Sequence record: DRR378314_251
Strand: one strand, 5' to 3'
Length of the DNA: 64,000 nucleotides
Shown: positions 51,623-61,425 of the stretch, piece by piece
Layout of the letters: each line of letters starts with the position of its first letter
Numbering within the stretch: the first letter of the stretch is position 1
The notes under the pieces: generated by a model
Told to the model about the DNA's origin: nothing
What the model saw: only the letters and a program-made list of their open reading frames with translations
The model's database searches: none
Program-made: the position numbers and the translations under genes

Positions 51623-52339
51623 ATGCGATCTGCATTGACTGCCGCAGCAATAGCAACCAGCGTCGCCCCCGCCGCTGAAGCGCAATCCCGCTCGGTCTTC
51701 GGTGAAGCGCGCATGTCCTCCTCTCTTCATGACCGCGGCGAACAACTCAGTGCAGAAACGCTTGAGCTTCTGCTGGGACTGGAGCAGTCCACCGCATTCG
51801 GCGCGGTCTACACGTCCATTTACCGCATCGACCCTATTGGCCCCACAGCAGGTGCCTTCGCATCTGAAACCGACTATTCGATCGGCGTCATCGTCGAAGA
51901 AGACACCTTCTCGGCAGACCTCTCCGCGAACTGGCTCACCTATCCAGGCAGTGAGGACGATTCGACACTGGAGTTGGCACTATCGATAGATATTGTTGGC
52001 ACCTTATCTCCAAACCTTTCAGCGTTCTATGATGCGCACACCAGTGACAAGGGATTTGAAGTGTCAGCAGGCCCCTTCGTTGAAATGGGAGCCTGGACGA
52101 CGAATTTGCGCGGCCGCGCGGGAATGGTCTCGATAGGAGATGGTTCCCCGAACCGCTCCTATGCAGGAATCGAAGTATCAAGCAGCCGCGCTGTTGCAGA
52201 CAATTGGGAGTTCGGCGTGCACGCATCCATTGATGCCGCAAACCGGGAAACGCTTTCAGCGAGTTTCAGGCAAGGCGAAATCGTTTCATTCGAACACCAA
52301 GGCGTTTCGGCCGGAATCTCACTCTCCTACACAAACTGA
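51623..52339 (+). CDS. Small beta-barrel outer-membrane protein (TorF-like)
   Basis: Signal peptide; RGEQLS, ETDY, TYPG motifs; alternating beta-strands. Confidence 0.55.
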   Translation: MRSALTAAAIATSVAPAAEAQSRSVFGEARMSSSLHDRGEQLSAETLELLLGLEQSTAFGAVYTSIYRIDPIGPTAGAFASETDYSIGVIVEEDTFSADLSANWLTYPGSEDDSTLELALSIDIVGTLSPNLSAFYDAHTSDKGFEVSAGPFVEMGAWTTNLRGRAGMVSIGDGSPNRSYAGIEVSSSRAVADNWEFGVHASIDAANRETLSASFRQGEIVSFEHQGVSAGISLSYTN

Positions 52340-52374
52340 GCGGCTACACTGCCGGAGCGTCTATTGCCCTCTCT

Positions 52375-52391
52375 GGTGCCTGACGGACACC
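52375..52391. promoter_or_regulatory. LysR-type operator 7 (GGTGC-N7-ACACC)
   Basis: 79 nt upstream of second NylB-like gene; degenerate second site GATGC-N7-TCCTC shifted by 21 bp. Confidence 0.72.
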
Positions 52392-52470
52392 ATTCGATGC
52401 GCTATTGTCCTCTTTCCAAAGAAATTTCTTGTGCCGCACTATAAGCAGATTGAAACAGAGGACGGTATCG

Positions 52471-53664
52471 ATGAAGAAAGTGTGGATGGGCGCGGGGGCA
52501 CTGATCATCGCAGGTGTCATTGGCTGGTGGATGATTGGTTCGGATTGGCGGCGTCTGGCCACAAATCTGCCGACAGACAAGAACATGCTGTTCTGGACGG
52601 TAGACCAGCGCGATGCAGCGTTCCGCATGCTGGATCGGCTCCCCTTCCTTGTGAAGGCGAGGCCAATCGAGGCAGGAACATCAGTCCGCGCACTGGAGAC
52701 GGGAGCCCCCCTCAATCTCGATTTTGACATTGACGCTTATGTGGAAGAGCAACGTCACTCAGCTGTCGTAATTCTGCACGACGGAAAAGTTCGTTACGAG
52801 AAATACAATCTGGGCTTCACGGACTCCGGCCGCTGGACCAGCCACTCTGTGGCCAAATCCATTACGTCCACTCTGGTCGGCGCCGCTATCCGTGACGGAT
52901 ACATTCAAAGCCTGAATGACCCTGTTTCCAACTATATCGGTGGCCTCAAGGGGTCCGCTTATGATGATGTCACTGTGGAGCAATTGTTGACCATGACATC
53001 GGGGGTCGCATGGAATGAAGACTACGACGATCCGAATTCAGATGTCGCAAAATTTGGAACGCATGAATCGAGTGACGGTCTCCCTGCTCTGGTAAGCTAT
53101 ATGAGCCAGCTCCCACGTGCTCATGCGGCAGGAGACGTGTGGAACTATTCAACTGGCGAAACCAATCTGATTGGCATTCTCGTCTCGGAGGCGACCGGAA
53201 AGCCGCTCGCCACATACCTGTCTGAAAAGATCTGGGCGCCCTATGGGATGCAGCAAGATGCCTCATGGTTGCTTAGCCCGGATGGTCAGGAAATCAGCGG
53301 GTGCTGCATTCAGGCCGCCACAAGAGACTTTGCGCGGTTTGGCCAGTTCATTCTGGAGAATGGCACAATCGACGGCATCTCTGTTGTGCCGGATGATTGG
53401 CTTGCCTCTGCCACGACATCCCGCGTTGCTACCGGCTATGACGGCGTGGCATATGGATATCAATGGTGGGTGTACGGAGAGGACGCCTTCGCTGCCATCG
53501 GGATCTTTGGCCAGGGAATCTACATCGATCGGAAGCGCAAACTGGTCATCGCATCAAACTCGAACTGGACGACGGCATTGGGCGGTAAGGACGGCGAAAA
53601 CCTCAGACGCCACCAATTCTACATGGACATCACGCGCGCAATTGATGCCGAGCCGTCCGAATAA
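52471..53664 (+). CDS. NylB-like serine hydrolase with N-terminal membrane anchor
   Basis: Hydrophobic N-terminus; SVAK, LLTMTSG, NYST, IGIFGQ; start ATG 52471. Confidence 0.87.
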   Translation: MKKVWMGAGALIIAGVIGWWMIGSDWRRLATNLPTDKNMLFWTVDQRDAAFRMLDRLPFLVKARPIEAGTSVRALETGAPLNLDFDIDAYVEEQRHSAVVILHDGKVRYEKYNLGFTDSGRWTSHSVAKSITSTLVGAAIRDGYIQSLNDPVSNYIGGLKGSAYDDVTVEQLLTMTSGVAWNEDYDDPNSDVAKFGTHESSDGLPALVSYMSQLPRAHAAGDVWNYSTGETNLIGILVSEATGKPLATYLSEKIWAPYGMQQDASWLLSPDGQEISGCCIQAATRDFARFGQFILENGTIDGISVVPDDWLASATTSRVATGYDGVAYGYQWWVYGEDAFAAIGIFGQGIYIDRKRKLVIASNSNWTTALGGKDGENLRRHQFYMDITRAIDAEPSE

Positions 53665-53809
53665 ACGGCCTCTTTCGGGTCCTGAAGCGCATGACCTCTC
53701 AGACAATGAGACCTCGATGCGTTTGCGACGTGATTAATTTTGGGGGGATTCTTCGAGCTACAGCGTTGTGTAAGTAGAGAGTTGAACCGTCTGTGAGTAA
53801 AATCCCGTC

Positions 53810-54355
53810 ATGTATATGCCGAAAAGCAACGGTTCCGCGACGCAGTTTCACCCGGATTTCGTCAAGCGACTGATGCGCTATGTCCGCCGCAAATGCGGCG
53901 CACAGGCGGACCCGGACGACATATTACAGGAAACATTCTCCCGCGTTCTGACCCGTATGGCGGATGGTGGACTGTCCGCCGAGGAGCATGAACCCTATGC
54001 CTTCAGAGTCGCTTCAAATCTCATTATTGATGGTCACCGACGTAACCGCAGAGAGTTTGTCGACTTACCGGAAGCCCTGTCATCTGACTCGCCAGGGCTC
54101 GAACGGATTACCGAAGCCAAGCGCGAACTGTCTGCCACGATGGAGGTTATCGATGCGATGCCGAAGCTGCGCCGGCAAGTGTTCATCATGGCCCGCGTCG
54201 AAGGCCATAGTCATGTCGAAATCTCCCAGAGCCTGGGCGTAAGCCGCAAAGCAATAGAAAAGCACATGTCACGCGCGCTGGCAGATCTTGTGAAGGCGCG
54301 GCGGAAGTGGCGGGGAGAATCCGAACGAACCGGGGAGATCCACGCTCTTGGATAA
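53810..54355 (+). CDS. FecI-like ECF sigma factor
   Basis: DDILQETF, FRVASNLIID, RQVFIMARVEGHSHVEI..LGVS..IEKHMSRAL. Confidence 0.9.
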   Translation: MYMPKSNGSATQFHPDFVKRLMRYVRRKCGAQADPDDILQETFSRVLTRMADGGLSAEEHEPYAFRVASNLIIDGHRRNRREFVDLPEALSSDSPGLERITEAKRELSATMEVIDAMPKLRRQVFIMARVEGHSHVEISQSLGVSRKAIEKHMSRALADLVKARRKWRGESERTGEIHALG

Positions 54356-55379
54356 TGAGAAGAATAAAGAGAACAATGGTTTGATTATGGACGACGATTT
54401 CGACACGGCGATGGATTGGGCTGCAAGATTGGCTCTTGGTGAGCTCAGCGTGCCTGATAGGCAGGCGCTGTCTGCGTGGCTGAACAGTCGTCCAGATCGT
54501 CAGGCCCTGATGGATGAAGCCGCCACCGCGTGGTCGGCGCCATCTGTCGAACTGGCTGCGAACATTGCGGCGCAGACGATCGAAAGACAGGATCGGTCAT
54601 CGCCGAGGGAGCCTTCGTCGCGAGGGCTGTCAGCTTGGTGGAATCGAGCCCTCCCCATTGCCTCCATCGCGGGGGGAGCAGCGGTGGCTGCGGCGCTGGC
54701 TCTGGCATTCTACGTGCCAAGCCTCTCCGGAACGGACACTTCCACAGAACAGCTGGTCGTCGAAGCACCCCAGAGTGAAGACGTTCAAGAACAACTCGCT
54801 GACGGAAGCCTGATGCATCTGGCCCGCTCAAGCCGCGCGACCTTCAGCCAAAACCAGACTGAGCGGCGGGTAACTCTGGCGGCGGGTGAAGCTGTATTCG
54901 ATGTCGCCACAGACCCCCAGCGTCCGTTCATCGTCGCTGCGGGTGACGCGAAGATCCGCGTGGTTGGCACATCATTCAATGTAAGCCGCTGGGATCAGGG
55001 CGTTCGTGTCACGGTATTCGAAGGAAAAGTCGAATTTGGCGACGAAAATGGCACGAATTCTGTCGACCTCGTCGGGGGGCAAGGCGCCCTGCTCCTTGCC
55101 GGAGACACTCTGACAACCTTTGCGTTCAACCCGGATGAGTATGTGGATTGGCGCTCTGGTTGGGTTGATGCAACGGATATGACACTGAGTGAAATCATCG
55201 CGAAGCTGGATCGTTACTCAGACACCACAATACTGTTGAAAAACCCGGATTTGGGACAGTCTCTTGTCAGTGGACGATTTAAACTGTCACAATCCAGCGC
55301 CACACTTGAAACGCTCGCGTTGCTTTATGAGTTGAATATTGAACACCAGCCAGGTCGAGTCGTGCTGTCCCAAGACTAG
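54348..55379 (+). CDS. FecR family anti-sigma/signal transducer
   Basis: AMDWAARL..W N-terminal domain, TM helix, LADGS, GEAVFDV, RPFIV, VVGTSF. Confidence 0.92.
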   Translation: MDNEKNKENNGLIMDDDFDTAMDWAARLALGELSVPDRQALSAWLNSRPDRQALMDEAATAWSAPSVELAANIAAQTIERQDRSSPREPSSRGLSAWWNRALPIASIAGGAAVAAALALAFYVPSLSGTDTSTEQLVVEAPQSEDVQEQLADGSLMHLARSSRATFSQNQTERRVTLAAGEAVFDVATDPQRPFIVAAGDAKIRVVGTSFNVSRWDQGVRVTVFEGKVEFGDENGTNSVDLVGGQGALLLAGDTLTTFAFNPDEYVDWRSGWVDATDMTLSEIIAKLDRYSDTTILLKNPDLGQSLVSGRFKLSQSSATLETLALLYELNIEHQPGRVVLSQD

Positions 55380-55426
55380 CACATCGCACGCAGCATTGAC
55401 CGGCGCGGTGATTAGGTGGCCTGGTC

Positions 55427-58400
55427 GTGCATTTCACGCGTGCGTTTCTTGCTGGCGCAGCTTGCCTGATCGCCATGCACGCCAATGCGCAGGATAATGA
55501 TGCGTATGATATCGCGATTCCTAAAGGCCCCCTCCAATCCGCTCTGACATCACTGTCGGAGCAAATCGAATTGCCAATTCTCGCTCGGTCCGCCGACTTG
55601 GCCGAACTGACAGTCCCGCAACTGGAAGGACAGTACTCCGCGGAGGAGGCACTCCGAAAATTGCTCGCCAGTTCCAATCTTGAGTTCAGGAAGGTTGGCG
55701 ATGGGTTCGCAGTGGTCAAATCAGCCAGCGCACCAAGAGATTCAACCAAAGACATTCCCGCCGCCAAGAGGCCACGCGACGGAACTCTCAAACCGCCTGA
55801 AACAGACCCAGCCCCTTTGCTCAACCGTCCCGTCATCGTAACGGGATATCGCAGCGCAAATAGCGCAAGCCTTTGGGACAAGCGGCGCGCCCGAACGATT
55901 GTCGACGGCCTCAATCAGGATACAATCACGATGCTGCCCGACTTGGCCGTGTCGGACATTGCGCGTCGCATCCCCGGCGTGTCAGCCATCCCGGAATATG
56001 GGACAGCCACGACGCGACAGATTGAGAGCCGACAAAGCGTGGTCATTCGCGGCCTCGATGCGAACTACATTCAAACGACCATAGATGACCTTCCGTTCGC
56101 GACCGCAAGCGAAGACAACCGCGCCCCCAATCTGAGCCTGGTCCCCCCCACGGCAATCCGGCGGGTCGAAGCACTGAAAGTGCTGACAGCATCGGACGAC
56201 CCCCACGGGCTGACTGGCCGGCTCAATCTCAAAACAGCGTCCGCCTTTGATTTTGATGAACCGCGCTGGACTGTAAGAGCCTCTCTGGGAAAGAACTCCA
56301 CATCCGGAAATGGCCTGGATGATCAGGGGCTCAATCGCCGTATTGATGGCCTTCTCACCAGAACCTTTGGCGCGACAGATGCGATAGGACTGTCTGCAGC
56401 CGCATCATATGAACGTTTCTATTCGACCAGTTTCGACGAACGGCCCGGAGGTCAGGCGGATACGTACCTGTTCTATTCGCCCGATCCAGAAGACCCGGCA
56501 CGTGTTCAATACTTCGCCGCATCCAATGGATACCCGGCTCCAGGACGCAATCAGCTCTATCTGTTTGAAAGCAGTCAGGCGCGAGGGTCCGGGCTTCTCA
56601 AGCTGGAGTATGCGCCCGGCAGTTCAACCTATTTCTCACTTCTCGGTGGCGCATTTTGGCAAGAGGAGGAAGAGACCCGAAACGAACACCTGGTGGTTGT
56701 GGACAAAGATCAGCGTCCACTCGAGCAGACTGCAAGTTCAGGCGTCTGGACGAACGGCACGGTTGAAAGCGGATATGTCTACCAACCGGAAACAACCGTC
56801 ACCGGATTATTGGCGGCTCACTTTAATCACCAACTATCTCGCCAAAGCTCAATCTCTATCGCAGGAACCGTATCGCGTTCCGATGTCGATGTGACGCGCA
56901 ACATGTCGAAGTTCATTCGCGGCGCGACCCTGGGCGATACGGTTCGTAACGATCAGTTTGCCTATCAAGTTACAGCATCTGGCGTGGTGCTCGATTTTCT
57001 TGAGCCTGACGCCATCAATGATCCATCCACCTATACTTCATCCTATGTCCGCGCGCGCGACCAGGATATCCAACAGGATCTGGCGCACTTTACCGGCCGA
57101 TACCGATTTGAACCTGACGATCATCCTATTGGGCTCGAGACTGGACTATCACTCACGGTTCAAGAGCGCGAGTTCGACCGGACCTATTTCGAAGGCGATG
57201 TGTTCGATACCACGAATTGCGTGGCTGCCGATATCCGTGACTGCCCCTTGGCGACATTCTCAAACTTTGTGGAAATGACGCGATTTTCCACAACAGATCC
57301 GGATGTCGACTTTCTTCTTGTGGATGATCAAACAGTTCGTCAGGCTTGGCTGGCGCAAGGGATGCCCCTCACAGTCGACCGGACCGCTAATTCACTGGAT
57401 ACCGATTACGAGCTTTTTGAAACCCTCTTCGGCGCTTATGCGAAACTGACCTATCAGCAAGGCCCTGTCTATGCAGAGGCTGGGTTGCGATATGATCTGG
57501 CTGACGCAGAGATTGACCTCTTCCTGCGCGATGTGCGCCTTGCTGGCGAGATGGATTCAGACCAATTCGTTCCGGCAACGCGTGCCTCCAGCTATCAAGA
57601 CGTGCTGCCCTCTGCCCTTATCAAGATTGACGCAACGCCCGACATTCAGGTCCGGGCCGCGTATTCGCGGACAATCGGCCGCCCGAATGTGAAGGACCTC
57701 ACAAGCAAGGAAGAAATCGGTATTCCGGAAAATGGTCTGGTGACCATCAAGCGCGGAAATCCGGATTTAACGCCACTTGCTTCCGACAATTTTGACTTGG
57801 CACTGGATTGGTATTTCGACGGCGGAGACAGTGCCATATCGGCGGCCGCCTTTTACAAGAATGTTGATGATCTGATCTTTCTCCAGACAACCCGCATCGA
57901 CGATTACGAACTGGATGGAGAAAACTTCTCCGTGTCGATTGTGCAGCCGACCAACGCCAATTCTGCATCGCTCTACGGCCTTGAACTGTCAGCCACAAAA
58001 GATTTCAGTGACATACTGCCCACCCCCTTTGATGGACTATCCCTCAAAGGCAACATCACATGGATCGGCAGTGAATTGACCTTTCTGGATGCTCAGGGAG
58101 ATTCCCGCGATACAGGAGGATGGGTGAACCAGCCGGAGTTTATCTTCAACGGTCAGGTCGCCTATGAATCTGGCCCCCTGGGGGTGAATGTCGCCTACAA
58201 TCACGTCAGTGAATATCTATCGAATGTGCTCTCCGACACAGGTGATCTGCACGATACCTATGCGCAACCCCGAGGCGTTCTCGATTTTCAGGTTCGGTAC
58301 GATTTCAACGATCACCTCACACTGATCGCCGAGGCAGAAAACGTGACTTCAGAAGACATCGTCTTTCACCGCCGATTTCCGTTTGGAGACTTGCTGGCCA

Positions 58401-58453
58401 CACGTGTCGAACGTGGGCGAGTTCTATGGCTCGGGTTTAGACTACAGAATTAA
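55427..58453 (+). CDS. TonB-dependent receptor with N-terminal STN signalling extension
   Basis: IPKGPLQSAL..LEGQYSAEEALRKLL STN; VTGYR, LPD..ARRIPGV plug; GNPDLTP. Confidence 0.9.
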   Translation: MHFTRAFLAGAACLIAMHANAQDNDAYDIAIPKGPLQSALTSLSEQIELPILARSADLAELTVPQLEGQYSAEEALRKLLASSNLEFRKVGDGFAVVKSASAPRDSTKDIPAAKRPRDGTLKPPETDPAPLLNRPVIVTGYRSANSASLWDKRRARTIVDGLNQDTITMLPDLAVSDIARRIPGVSAIPEYGTATTRQIESRQSVVIRGLDANYIQTTIDDLPFATASEDNRAPNLSLVPPTAIRRVEALKVLTASDDPHGLTGRLNLKTASAFDFDEPRWTVRASLGKNSTSGNGLDDQGLNRRIDGLLTRTFGATDAIGLSAAASYERFYSTSFDERPGGQADTYLFYSPDPEDPARVQYFAASNGYPAPGRNQLYLFESSQARGSGLLKLEYAPGSSTYFSLLGGAFWQEEEETRNEHLVVVDKDQRPLEQTASSGVWTNGTVESGYVYQPETTVTGLLAAHFNHQLSRQSSISIAGTVSRSDVDVTRNMSKFIRGATLGDTVRNDQFAYQVTASGVVLDFLEPDAINDPSTYTSSYVRARDQDIQQDLAHFTGRYRFEPDDHPIGLETGLSLTVQEREFDRTYFEGDVFDTTNCVAADIRDCPLATFSNFVEMTRFSTTDPDVDFLLVDDQTVRQAWLAQGMPLTVDRTANSLDTDYELFETLFGAYAKLTYQQGPVYAEAGLRYDLADAEIDLFLRDVRLAGEMDSDQFVPATRASSYQDVLPSALIKIDATPDIQVRAAYSRTIGRPNVKDLTSKEEIGIPENGLVTIKRGNPDLTPLASDNFDLALDWYFDGGDSAISAAAFYKNVDDLIFLQTTRIDDYELDGENFSVSIVQPTNANSASLYGLELSATKDFSDILPTPFDGLSLKGNITWIGSELTFLDAQGDSRDTGGWVNQPEFIFNGQVAYESGPLGVNVAYNHVSEYLSNVLSDTGDLHDTYAQPRGVLDFQVRYDFNDHLTLIAEAENVTSEDIVFHRRFPFGDLLATRVERGRVLWLGFRLQN

Positions 58454-58587
58454 TTCTTATACTTTTCAAACCTCTGATGGGCGTCGCAAAAGCTTCGCAA
58501 AATTCCGTGTCGGGCTGATCATCTCTTCTCCGTTGTCTGTTTTGTAGCGCCCCTCGGCGTTGCACCAATCAGTTTCAAGGGGAAACC

Positions 58588-61347
58588 ATGTCCACCAAAT
58601 TGTTCGCGGGCGTCTCGCTCGCAGCCATCCTTGCCGTATCGGGAACGGCAATTGCGCAGGAAGTCGACTCGGACGCCAGCGCCACGGAGGCCAATGAAGA
58701 CGCACGCACGCTGGAAACCGTCATCGTTAGTGGGTTTCGTCAGGCCAACTCGGCAGCTATCGCCGACAAGCGCTCAGCAAACGGAATTACCGACGGCATC
58801 AACCAGGATACAATCGGACTGCTGCCAGATCTGACCGTTGCAGACATCGCCCGCCGGATTCCAGGCGTAACATCCGTGTCGTCCACGGGCGTGGCAGGTC
58901 CCCGCTCGCAGTCCGCCTCAGAAAACATCGTTATTCGCGGTCTCGCTCCTGACTATAACCTATCGACATTTGATGGTGCGCCAATTGCGACGGCAAGTGA
59001 AAGCAATCGCGCCGCGAATCTCAGCCTGTTCCCGCCGGCAATCGTTGGACGCGTCGAGGCGATCAAGACGATATCAGCTGACATGAACCCTCATGGCCTG
59101 TCTGGTCAATTGAACCTCATTACGACATCGGCTTTCGACCGGGATGAGCCATTCGGAAATCTGCGGGTTTCGGTAGGTGAAAACTCGACCGCAGGGAAAG
59201 TTGTCGACGATCAAGGCGAGAACATTCGCGCCACTGGCCTCTACGCAACCAGCTTCGGGTCGCAGGATCAGTTCGGATTTGTCGCGGCGGGTTCATTTGA
59301 AAAATTCTACGCGACCACGCGCGCCGTTCGCCCAGGTGGTGAAAGCGGAACCTACTATTTTTACACGGATGACCCGGCAAGCAACGCAACCGTCGATTCA
59401 TTCGCCGATTCCAATGGCTTTGCGGCCCCTCGCCGTAACCAGATCTATTTGTTCGAGAACGAGCAGGAACGCGCCTCAGCTGTCGCCAAACTGGAATGGC
59501 GTCCTTCAGCCGCGACGTATGCTTCGTTGTTCGGGGGGTGGTTCTACCAGGATGAACAGGAAGTTCGCCATGAACACCTGGCGATTTCCAACCAGAGCAT
59601 CCGCCCTGAAAATCAGACTGAAAACACAGGCGACTGGACGCAAGGGCGTATCGAAGCCGGCTACGTTTATCAGCCAGAGGAAACGACTACGACTGCAATT
59701 ACCGGCCGTTTGACTCACGACTTTTCAGAAGACAATGCAATCGATCTGACAGCATCCTTCTCAAGTGCGGAGGTCGATATCGTCCGGAACATGTCCAAGT
59801 TCCTGCCTGCCATGTCCGAAGACACAACCTTTTCCTACGACCAGTCGAGTGGGAATCCGCTTTTGACATTCGTGAACCCAGACTTGTCGAACGACCCGTC
59901 CATCTCTTCCAACTCCTACATTCGCGAACGCTATCAGGACATCAAACAGGACCTGATCTATCTCGATGGCGCCTGGATGCACAATTACGAAGAAGATGAT
60001 CGCGGTTTTGGATACAAACTCGGTGGTTCCTTCGTAAACCGGTCCCATAGTTTTGACCGGGAATATATTGAAGGCGACGTGTTCAACACGGACGGATGCA
60101 CAGAGGCCGACATTACCAATTGTCCGCTCGTCACGTTTGACCAGTATGTCGAAGATCCAACGTTCTCGACAACAGACCCGAATGTCCGCTTCTTCCTTGT
60201 GGACGACGCAGCACTGCGTGCGGACTGGATTGCTCAAGGCAAACCCCAGACCACGGACAGAACGGACAATTCGATCAATACGGACTATGAGATCGATGAA
60301 ACGATCTACGCTTTCTACGCTCAGGCGGCCTATCAAACGGATCGACTCAAGGTGCATGCCGGCCTGCGCTACGACAAGACCGAGGCTGACGTTGATCTGT
60401 ATATACGCGACGTCCGTCTGCCCAGCGATCCAGACTCGGCACAATTCGTCCCAGCCAAGCGATCCTACGAATACGACTTCCTACTTCCGTCGATCATTGC
60501 ATCCTACGAAGCCACAGATGACGTACTCCTGCGCGCGGCCTACACCCGCACGATTGGGCGACCAAACTTCGAATATATCAAACGGGGTGAAGCCTACAGC
60601 GCCCCGGACGACACAGACCCAAGCGATCCTCGCATCTCGATTTCGCGTGGAAATCCGGATCTGAAACCACTCGTAAGTGATAATTTCGACATCTCTGCCG
60701 AATACTACTTCGACAATGGCGGCTCGCTTATTTCGATTGCCGGCTTCTACAAGGACGTCGACGATTTGATTTATATCGTTACCGCGGAAATCCCTGATTT
60801 TGAGTATGAAGGAAATCTGTATACGGCGACCGTCAACCAGCCCGTCAACGCAACGGGGGCATCTGTCTACGGTGTCGAATTCGGTCTTCGGAAAGACTTC
60901 GCAGATCTTCTGCCCGCCCCCTTTGACGGATTTGTGTTTGACGCAAACGCCACCTGGATTGGAAGCGAGTTCACTTACATCAACGCCGAAGGCGATGAGC
61001 GCGACCCAGGCGGCTGGGTCAACCAACCAGAGCTCATGCTGAATGCTCAACTCTCATACGAGTACGGTCCATTCGGAGCCAAGATTGCCTACAGCTGGGT
61101 TGACGAATATTTGTCAAACATTCTTGCCGACAGCGGTGACGTCTACGACGTCTACGCCCAACCGAATGGCGTGATCGATATGCAGGCTCGGTATGAGTTG
61201 ACAGACCGGATCACAATTCTGGGTGAAGTGCAGAACGTCACGGAGGAGAAACTTGAGTTCAATCGCCGATTCCCCACTGGCGATTTGTTGAGCGGAAATA
61301 CTCAGCGCGGCCGCGTGGTCTGGCTCGGTGTGAATTTCCAATACTAA
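58588..61347 (+). CDS. TonB-dependent receptor (paralog of upstream gene, no STN)
   Basis: ETVIVSGFR TonB box; LPD..ARRIPGV; GNPDLKP; terminal aromatic residue. Confidence 0.93.
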   Translation: MSTKLFAGVSLAAILAVSGTAIAQEVDSDASATEANEDARTLETVIVSGFRQANSAAIADKRSANGITDGINQDTIGLLPDLTVADIARRIPGVTSVSSTGVAGPRSQSASENIVIRGLAPDYNLSTFDGAPIATASESNRAANLSLFPPAIVGRVEAIKTISADMNPHGLSGQLNLITTSAFDRDEPFGNLRVSVGENSTAGKVVDDQGENIRATGLYATSFGSQDQFGFVAAGSFEKFYATTRAVRPGGESGTYYFYTDDPASNATVDSFADSNGFAAPRRNQIYLFENEQERASAVAKLEWRPSAATYASLFGGWFYQDEQEVRHEHLAISNQSIRPENQTENTGDWTQGRIEAGYVYQPEETTTTAITGRLTHDFSEDNAIDLTASFSSAEVDIVRNMSKFLPAMSEDTTFSYDQSSGNPLLTFVNPDLSNDPSISSNSYIRERYQDIKQDLIYLDGAWMHNYEEDDRGFGYKLGGSFVNRSHSFDREYIEGDVFNTDGCTEADITNCPLVTFDQYVEDPTFSTTDPNVRFFLVDDAALRADWIAQGKPQTTDRTDNSINTDYEIDETIYAFYAQAAYQTDRLKVHAGLRYDKTEADVDLYIRDVRLPSDPDSAQFVPAKRSYEYDFLLPSIIASYEATDDVLLRAAYTRTIGRPNFEYIKRGEAYSAPDDTDPSDPRISISRGNPDLKPLVSDNFDISAEYYFDNGGSLISIAGFYKDVDDLIYIVTAEIPDFEYEGNLYTATVNQPVNATGASVYGVEFGLRKDFADLLPAPFDGFVFDANATWIGSEFTYINAEGDERDPGGWVNQPELMLNAQLSYEYGPFGAKIAYSWVDEYLSNILADSGDVYDVYAQPNGVIDMQARYELTDRITILGEVQNVTEEKLEFNRRFPTGDLLSGNTQRGRVVWLGVNFQY

Positions 61348-61425
61348 TCACCTGAAAAGGTGATTGTGCGCTGTCGGATGCCCCACCCCGCATTCGGCAG
61401 CGCATTTTTACAGCAAGGATTTTCC

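Noticed and set aside
44179-53664. Calling the SxxK hydrolases beta-lactamases under an AmpR-like regulator
   Set aside because: They have YST and GIFGQ instead of the YxN and KTG motifs of AmpC, and the context is catabolic.
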